Shown: piece after piece, positions 54,650 to 64,000 of the stretch
Layout of the letters: each line of letters begins with the position of its first letter
Numbering within the stretch: the stretch's first letter is position 1
Assembly (NCBI GenBank): GCA_964016885.1
Contig: OZ024742.1
Coordinates: 50,220,001 to 50,284,000, forward strand
DNA length: 64,000 nt
Source: Eledone cirrhosa
Taxonomy: Eukaryota
Direction: 5' to 3'
Made by a program: the position numbers and the translations under genes
The notes under the pieces: generated by a model
Told to the model about the DNA's origin: nothing
Databases searched by the model: none
Seen by the model: the letters and a program-made list of their open reading frames with translations, nothing else

Positions 54650-56400
54650 TTCAAACATGCTTCTGGTAGTGTGTAGTTCGGATGTAACATTTTAGGCCAG
54701 TGAGAGCCCTACATTCTCTGGCACAGATGTTACAGACATGGCCTTTGGCAATAAGAATTGATGGCTGGTTGCCATGTTCTTTCATGTGCCACCTCAGTCC
54801 ACCTGCAGATTGGCAGAATTTACCACTGTTGGTAGCTTATTGTACTATACGCACCAACGTATCCAGCATTAGCCTTTTTAGCATTTTGCGACTCATTTAT
54901 CCAGCTTTACTGAGAGGGGGTCTCCCAAACTCATTGTAGGTTAGGTCTCTTTTGTTTCCCAATGTGCCTGGTAATTCCACTTTCACACCCTTCTTGCCAT
55001 ACCTCTTTAAACAGTTTTGAAGTGTACTTCCCCTTCATATACAGTTTCCCTCTACATAGTTCGATCATTGGTAGCTTGTTTCCAGTCTCCATCGGAGATA
55101 CCAAATTTCGTCAGAAATATGTCCTCAGTTCTTGAATCTTATCTTAGGTTTAAGAGGTAGACGTTTACCATCTATTAGCTCACCATAAATAAGTTGTTTA
55201 GGTAAACTATAGTCTTTCATTCTCACTACAAGTGCTACACATCCGAGACGGCGTTGTCAGATAATCGACTCGATTATCTGACAGTGGCTTCTTTCAAGGA
55301 CCTCAACATTATACACATACTTCCTCCGGTGTTGACAATACACAAGTCGCATATACTTTAAATTTAATACAACTAGAGATACCTTGCTGGGGCCGTAGTC
55401 GCTTTTCCAACATTACTAGCTTTGCTTATTCTTGATGATACTTTAATGTCAAGGCTGCACCGTACACTTAATATACGGCCAAGATACATACATCAGCCCA
55501 TCGCCAGGATATTCGGATCGTACACTCTTATGTTTGGCTCTAGATATGGTTTTCCTGGTGATGGCTGGTATTTGACCACAGTCGTCTTCAACCTAATTGT
55601 TAAACCAAACACAAGACACGCACAACTGAAGGTGACCATTTAATGCTGAATATATCTCTACGTAAGAGCAAAAAGCTCACAGTCATTCTATTGGGAAAAC
55701 CACTATCAGAGCAACTTTGACAAGTCTGACTGTTATTGACTCAGGAAACTTATGATAGATCTCTGAAGGCTGATTTAGTTGTTCATGAAAGAGCTGTTAC
55801 CATCTTCCCACTATTTCCTTCAGATTTTCCATATTTAGTACGTAATGGTAGAAATCGTAGACCTCACAAAGGAGATTATGCAAAATCTTGTTGGTAGCAT
55901 AAGAAGCAGATTGAATTTTGTCAGCCTTCGTACTCCACTATGTATTTGTATTTTTTTCCCATTGTTGAACAGCAGATTTCACATCTTTAAATGTGTTTGT
56001 GTTTTATATGTTGAGGAGCAGAGTGTACACCTTTGAGCAAGTTTGAAAAGGTTCTGTTCTTTACCGATAACAACTCACATATCTCCTTGACATTTTTTCT
56101 AGCCAATGCTGATGCTTGCGTTTGCGAAGCAATTCACATCAGTAAAGATATTATACACCGACTATTTAAAGTATTTACAGTTGCTTTCACATTCCATCTG
56201 ATTCAGATTCTGGTCAAGTTGACTTTGATTTAAGGGCTTTCAGCTGGATAACATCCAGCTTTTTCGGATGTGTGATACCCTTAAATCTAATCCTTGGTCT
56301 TATTACAAACTACTCTTTTCATATTATCAGCCTAGGGTTATTCAAGAATTCGCCACCACGTATCGAACAATGCACATATCTCGAGTGTCATACCTACGAG
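54650..56400 (-). mobile_element. Highly decayed RTE-clade LINE (5' limit uncertain)
   Basis: MYLGRILSVRCSLDIKVSSRISKAS near 55410-55490 and a C-terminal C2H2-like CNICARECRALTGLKCYIRTTH near 54670-54740. Confidence 0.65.
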
Positions 56401-56654
56401 TTATGATATTTATATTTACATACGCATACATTGAGATATGTTGTCATACATATAAATATAACTATCACTATGTATATTCATTTTGAATACACATACATAC
56501 ACGCACACACACACACGGGCATATGACTAATGATTTCCGAGCAGTAATATGTTGACATCTACTCAGAAGAAGTCTGGCGTATATATATATATATAAATTA
56601 ATAAAAACAATGAATAAAAACAAAGAAACAGTTCCTTATATTAAAAAAATCATC

Positions 56655-56780
56655 ATTTTACGATCGTTTCTAGGATATATATGTGTGTTGGTATATATAT
56701 CATATACATCTATGTAAACATTTTACAAACTATCAGAGGAAATATACATACCTACACATATATATGCTGTCTTCAGAAAT
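56655..56780 (-). ncRNA. Type I hammerhead with ~100-nt helix II
   Basis: ATTT-CTGAAGA-cAGcATATATATGTGT...ACACATATATATcCTa-GAAAC-GATC-GTA-AAAT. Confidence 0.7.
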
Positions 56781-57330
56781 AATGATATTTGTTTATTGAA
56801 AAAAAAAATGATATTTGTTTATTAAAAAAACAACAACAAAGATTTAATATAATAGGTCTGTTTGGAAACAGATTTTGAATTGACCAATAGAAAAGAAGTG
56901 AATGGTCAAGTTGATAGAATAATAGTAGTGGAAATTTAATTTAGGGGTAGAGGAATGCAGACTTAAGTTTTGAATGGAAAGAATACTTTGAATGAAAAGA
57001 TTACTTTGGGGATGAAAAGAGGTCAAGCCGGTGAAAGATACACGAACATTTGATGTTATTACCATTATTCTTTAATAACATCAAATTTTCGTGTACCTTT
57101 CACCGGCTTGACCTCTTTTCATCCCCAAAGTAATCTTTTCATTCAAAGTATTCTTTCCATTCAAAACTTAAGTCTGCATTCCTCTACCCCTAAATTAAAT
57201 TTCTGCTACTACTATTCTATCAACTTAACTTCTTACTATTTTTCTATTGGTCAATTCAAAACCTGGTCCCAAACACCTATTATATTAAATCTTTGTTGTT
57301 TTTTTTCAATAAACAAATATCAATATTACT

Positions 57331-57508
57331 GGGCAGTATCAGTAGAGAGTCGGACGCCATGCTTTCCAGCATAGTTACGTCCCTTTACGGTTTGAGTTCA
57401 AATCCCGCCGAGGTTAACTTTGCCTTTCATCCTTACGGGGTCGATACAATAAAGTACCAGTAATGTACTGGGTAATTGCTGGCCTTGTGCCAAAAGTAGA
57501 AACAATTA
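57331..57508 (+). mobile_element. tRNA-derived SINE (short-tail subfamily)
   Basis: Close match to the 43355 and 43642 copies. Absent from the mirror arm. Confidence 0.85.
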
Positions 57509-57633
57509 TTTCTGAAGACAGCATATATATGTGTAGGTATGTATATTTCCTCTGATAGTTTGTAAAACGGTTACATAGATCTATATGATATACAGACCAA
57601 CACACATATATATCCTAGAAACGATCGTAAATT
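57508..57633 (+). ncRNA. Type I hammerhead with ~100-nt helix II (mirror copy)
   Basis: CTGAAGA at 57512-57518 and GAAAC-GATC-GTA at 57618-57629. Confidence 0.7.
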
Positions 57634-57797
57634 GATGAATTATTAATTTAAGGAAGTGTTTCTTTATTTTTATTAATGTTTTTATTAATTTATCTTGACT
57701 CTGTTTTCCTGTGATTTTCATCGAAAAGATTCTTGAATACATCTTCTCTTTTCATGATATTTGGATTACATTGAGTTCTTCATAGGGATTGGGCACT

Positions 57798-57821
57798 ACC
57801 GTATATTTTGGTAGATTTATC

Positions 57822-57881
<60 letters not shown>

Positions 57882-58258
57882 GATAAATCTACCAAAATAT
57901 ACGGTCGTGCCCAACATAGCCATAGCACTGTTGTGCTGAATGAGACAATACCACATGGCACTGCGGCAAATATAACTATTTTTCTGCGGGTTTAACCAAT
58001 GATTTTCGAGCAGTAATTTGTTGACAGCTAGTCCGCAGAAGTCTTACGTATATCTATCTATCTATCTATCCCTCTATGTATATATATATAGAGAGAGAGG
58101 GATAGATAGATAGATAGATATACGTAAGACTTCTGCGGAGTAGCTGTCAACAAATTACTGCTCGAAAATCATTGGTCAAACCCGCAGAAAAATAGTTGTA
58201 TTTGCCGCAGTGCCATGTGGTATTGTCTCATTCAGCACAACAGTGCTATGGCTATGTT
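57798..58258. repeat. Two adjacent microsatellite-centred palindromes (57798-57905 and 57912-58258)
   Basis: CCGTATATTTTGGTAGATTTATCTAC-(TA)n-GTAGATAAATCTACCAAAATATACGG, then ~165-bp arms around a short (TA)n. Confidence 0.9.
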
Positions 58259-59271
58259 AGTGATGAGCACTATACATGATAGAAATTATTTGAATATCGT
58301 ATCGGTTTATAACGGCTTGCCTTTCATTAAAATATATTACTATGAAAAACATCTAACAACTTCCGTTTTCATCCATGTTGTAAACATAATTAGTCTATCG
58401 CTGTCGATATTATAGATTTTGAGATCAAGCAACCCGCTAAATACCACTTCAGTCGGTCATCCAGCACATGAAAAGAAAATATATTTCTATATACGTCACA
58501 TATCTACCTACCTATCATTTCCATCAGATAGTGTACACACAAAGCTGTGGATTATTTTTCCCAACTACCGGATCTATGTATATTTATTGATCATCAAAAA
58601 TATTTTATGTGTAAATTTAATTCCAGAGCATTTGTCCAAGGCACTGCGATAATATGATGATTTCAAATTATTGAAAGAGCCGAATAATGTTAAAAAGAAT
58701 TAAAACGTAGTGTTTTATTCAGAATGTTCAATCTGCTAAGGCCATCATCAGTAAGTATAATATCGGTTATTTCTGCTATACCAGGAACTTTGAACTTGAA
58801 GTTTGAAAAGCATAAGCTTTAGTTGAAGCCATTTTAAAAGATCTTACTAGTTAATTGAACGGATCCTAGATCATAGGGTATATATTTTTCGATTTCTCTC
58901 GTAAGTATAGCTCTTCAGAAATGTTTTTATTTTCCAAATATCTATTACGTCTGTACACTTCTATCACTCCATTCTGCGTCTATTTAAATTCCTATATTAT
59001 TGACCTTCTACATACGTTAGTGGTCAATCTCTCATTAAAAACCACTGTCTTCACCTATCCCTGCTAAAATACTACTGTGTCAATTCTCTTGATATCACAC
59101 CCCAACCTTTCCTCCTATCGGTCTCCTTCTATGTTATCCTCATTTTCCATTTCCGATCCTTTATCCTTAATAATTTATGCATTCCCCCTATCTATCCTAG
59201 GCACTATATTAAAAAAAAATATATATATTGAGATTTTCATCTCTCTCCCTCTGTATTTCTATCTCGCTCTT

Positions 59272-59372
<101 letters not shown>

Positions 59373-59555
59373 TGTTGTAGGATACTTAAAGCGTCCATAA
59401 ACGGTAGGCCATTTGAGAACTCGATACTCTTACAGAGCAGAGTATGATATCACATAAGAAACGGAGAATCAGCGTTGCTGGTCGTCAGAGAGACGATTGT
59501 AATATGTCTAATAAATCTTATTCGTCGCAACGCTGATTGTCCGTTTATATATATA

Positions 59556-60940
59556 CTAGCAGCTGAGCCCGGTTGCACCCGGGGCCACTTTTTATTAAGT
59601 TAATAATTTGAAAAATATTATTGAAAGTTTATTATAAAGAAGCAGGTTCAGGAAAAACAATAGAAATATGCACTTGGGCCTGGACGCCGTACAATGAGAA
59701 GTGGAGCGACGTGAAAAGCGTTGTTTATTAACAGCGAAATAGCAATGTCGATGATATGCAATTTGAAAAATACTACTTACTGTTAGTGGTGGTTAACATG
59801 TATTAGAATAAAAATAAAAACACGCGTCCCTTCTTCGCAATTTAAGGGTTTGACGATACTTGATTTTAGTATCCTAAATTATTATCATCGACCGTCAATT
59901 ATTAGCTCCACCCACTACACGATACGTCACGACACGTCATCAGCTGCTGCTGCTGCTTGATTTTTACATATTCATTGTCCTACATGCTTCATTTTTCCAG
60001 GGAAAAACATTGAATTTTTAGAATAAATATTTATTAAAATATTAACAGAGAAAATTAGATTTTTGATTTATTTTTTGAACAAAATAAATATTTAATTACA
60101 GTTTTTCACAGAAAAACTATGCTTCATTTTTACATGAATATTTATTTACAGTTTTTAACAGAAAAAGAAATTGCTGCGAAACAAAAAAAATGTTAACACA
60201 CGATACGTCACGAAGGTAAATGTTTCGAAAACATTTTAAACTGTATATCGCCAAAATATATTGCTTAAAGAAATTTTTTTATGTTGTTTAAACTGTAAAT
60301 CTGTTAAAAAAATGTATTTAACCGAAACACTATGCTTCAATTTTACATGAATATTTATTTACAGTTTTTAACAGAAAAAAAATTGCTGCGAAATACATTT
60401 TTTTAAAAACAGATTTACAGTTTTAAACCACAGAAAATAAATTTATTTAAACAATATATTGTTGCGATATACAGTTTAACACTTTTTAAAAACATTTACC
60501 TTCGTGACGTATCGTGTAGTGTGTGGAGCTAATAATTGAATGTCGATGATGATAATTTAGGACACTAAAACCAAATATCCCCAAGGGTTTTATTTCTTTT
60601 GATGGAAAAAAGTGACCGTACTGCAGAATCGATTTCATAAAACGGTTCGTTAAATGTAGAAGGATGATAGTTTATTAACAGCGAAATAGCAATGCCGATC
60701 ATTATGAAATTGTAAATGAGACAAAAATATTAGAACAGGGGGAAATAACTCACCGAACGCGATAGTTTTGGGGCCCCAGGGACCACATTTTTCAAGTTAG
60801 AGATTTGAAATTCGTCTATTTGCTCCGTGGCACTTTTTACATAGGTGTCTACATTTTCATGTCAATCCGATCACGTCTACTACCATCTAACCGTGCACAT
60901 CTGAACCACCGCCTTTTCAACCACCGCCCATTTCACAAAT
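59556..60940 (-). mobile_element. Probable non-autonomous Helitron with internal inverted repeats (5' end uncertain)
   Basis: The minus-strand 3' end reads CCCGGgtgcaaCCGGG hairpin, then CTAG, then T. Internal inverted repeats at 59860-59932/60503-60580 and 60198-60310/60400-60516. Confidence 0.55.
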
Positions 60941-60954
60941 ATATATATATATAT

Positions 60955-61374
60955 ATCCATGGAGTGTAACGCGAAGTTACTGTACGTTCACACGGGAGAG
61001 CACTCAAAGTTTAGGTTCACGTCAGTATCCATGTTTAGAGTTAGAGAAAATGCATTTTAATACAAGGACGAGTTGTTACTCCTTCATTACGCTTATTGGT
61101 TGGTGACGCGCGTTTCGCTATTGATCAGCTCAAAGTTCCGTCTATATCGAACTGGCCGATTCTGGAATCAAAAGCTCGTCTGACCTCTGTAGTAGTAATG
61201 AAAGAATATATCATTACTAATACAGAAGTTTGACGAGCTTTTGATTCCAGAGTCGGGCCAGGTCGACACTGATCGAACCTTGACTCAGACCAAGTTCAAA
61301 ATCCGCATAAGGTGAAACATTTGTACTCGGTATGGTGAACTAACTGTTGTGGAATTTCTTCTCTCTCTCTCTCT

Positions 61375-61455
<81 letters not shown>

Positions 61456-61650
61456 TAGTTCGATATGGATCGAACCTTGAGCTGATCAATAGCAAAACGC
61501 GCGTCACCAACCAATAAACGTAATGAAGGAGTCCTTGGATTATATTACATTCTCACTAACTCTACACCTGGATACTGAAGTGAACCTAAACATCGAGTGC
61601 TCTCCCGTGTGAACGTAAAGTAACTCCGCGTTACACTACATGGATATACG
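60955..61650. repeat. Nested foldback element
   Basis: Outer arms 60955-61150 / 61458-61648 and an inner hairpin at 61156-61255. Confidence 0.85.
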
Positions 61651-61739
61651 TATATATATATATATATATATATAAATATATATATGATTATATATATATA
61701 TATATATATGGTTATATATATATATATATATCTGTGTGT

Positions 61740-61776
<37 letters not shown>

Positions 61777-61933
61777 TGTGTTTGTGTATTTGTGAAAAGG
61801 TTATTTATCATTAATAGTTTAAGGCATTACAATGGAAAGATAATATATAAACTCAGAGAACCAATTAAACATATTAAGCCTAAACCAACAACTCGAGATT
61901 TTGACTTAGGTTGAATATGTCTATATACATACA

Positions 61934-61990
<57 letters not shown>

Positions 61991-62005
61991 TTATATATAT
62001 ATACA

Positions 62006-62087
<82 letters not shown>

Positions 62088-62238
62088 AGGAATTTGTAGT
62101 TTACTTGAAGCATTGCGTAGTTAGGTATTAACGTTTGGAGTTCGAAGGCTAGAACAAGCAGGTATGGATATAGAATATAAATACAAATGCAACAGATATT
62201 GCTGACAATTGGTCTTTTACCTTACATTTATTTCAATA

Positions 62239-62276
62239 TCCTTAATTTTCGAGATAATATCTCTTCTTCGGAGGGA
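62239..62276 (-). ncRNA. Degenerate hammerhead motif
   Basis: CcGAAGA-a-GAGATA(t)TATCTC-GAAA-ATTA-AGGA. U4 is mutated. Confidence 0.4.
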
Positions 62277-62639
62277 AGTAAAGGGGTTAATCCAGTGATC
62301 TAATCAGCTTGCCTAGTCATGGTGATAGGAAATAGTATAGAAATTCCATTATATTTCTAATGACAAAGAGTGAAGGTTAGGTGGATAAAGGGGTTGTCTC
62401 CCATTAAACGGGTTTGGACATGTATGTCTAAGTGTGTGTGGGATAATAACTGAAGGTGTAATCATGCGTGTGTGAGAGTGTGAGAGGATATGTTTATATG
62501 TAAATGCGGGGTCTAGATGCTCTTTCATGTTAAAACTGGTCTATGTGTGTATGTGAGAGAGGGGGTATACGTGAAGGTGTAAGCGTACGTGTGTGTCTGC
62601 GTGAGATGGTGCAAGGAGGTGTAAGTGTGAGGCTACGTG

Positions 62640-64000
<1,361 letters not shown>

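Larger units (their letters stand above)
56595..57690. repeat. 1.1-kb foldback element with ~460-bp arms; the right arm is interrupted by a SINE
   Basis: 56595-57060 is the reverse complement of 57072-57325 plus 57505-57690. Confidence 0.9.

Noticed and set aside
58723-58750. 28-nt AG...GTAAGT micro-exon on the plus strand
   Set aside because: Too short to distinguish from chance without transcript data.

Overview
Eukaryotic, AT-rich, repeat-saturated DNA with dozens of (TA)n, (CA)n, (TC)n and (TAA)n microsatellites. SINE sequences and repeat content suggest an octopus/cephalopod genome (inference). No intact host gene is recognisable. One candidate 204-nt exon lies at 44777-44980 (-). Nearly all poly-YI, HT, VC and SL ORFs in the track are microsatellite artefacts. 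The window is a graveyard of decayed transposons: several Penelope-like elements (PLEs, including Naiad-type), two R4/Dong-type retrotransposons inserted in (TAA)n, Tx1/L1-type LINEs ending at (TC)n, RTE remnants, a mariner pseudogene, a hAT-like insertion, a probable Helitron and tRNA-derived SINEs. The most striking structure is a recurring class of non-coding foldback (inverted-repeat) elements between TA microsatellites that carry minimal type I hammerhead ribozyme motifs. These include U3-A8 covariant cores, a long-helix-II form, and elements with a hammerhead on each strand. A ~15-kb interrupted head-to-head PLE palindrome (3305-18545) carries the same Dong/PLE junction on both arms. All alignments and folds were done by eye, so element boundaries are approximate.
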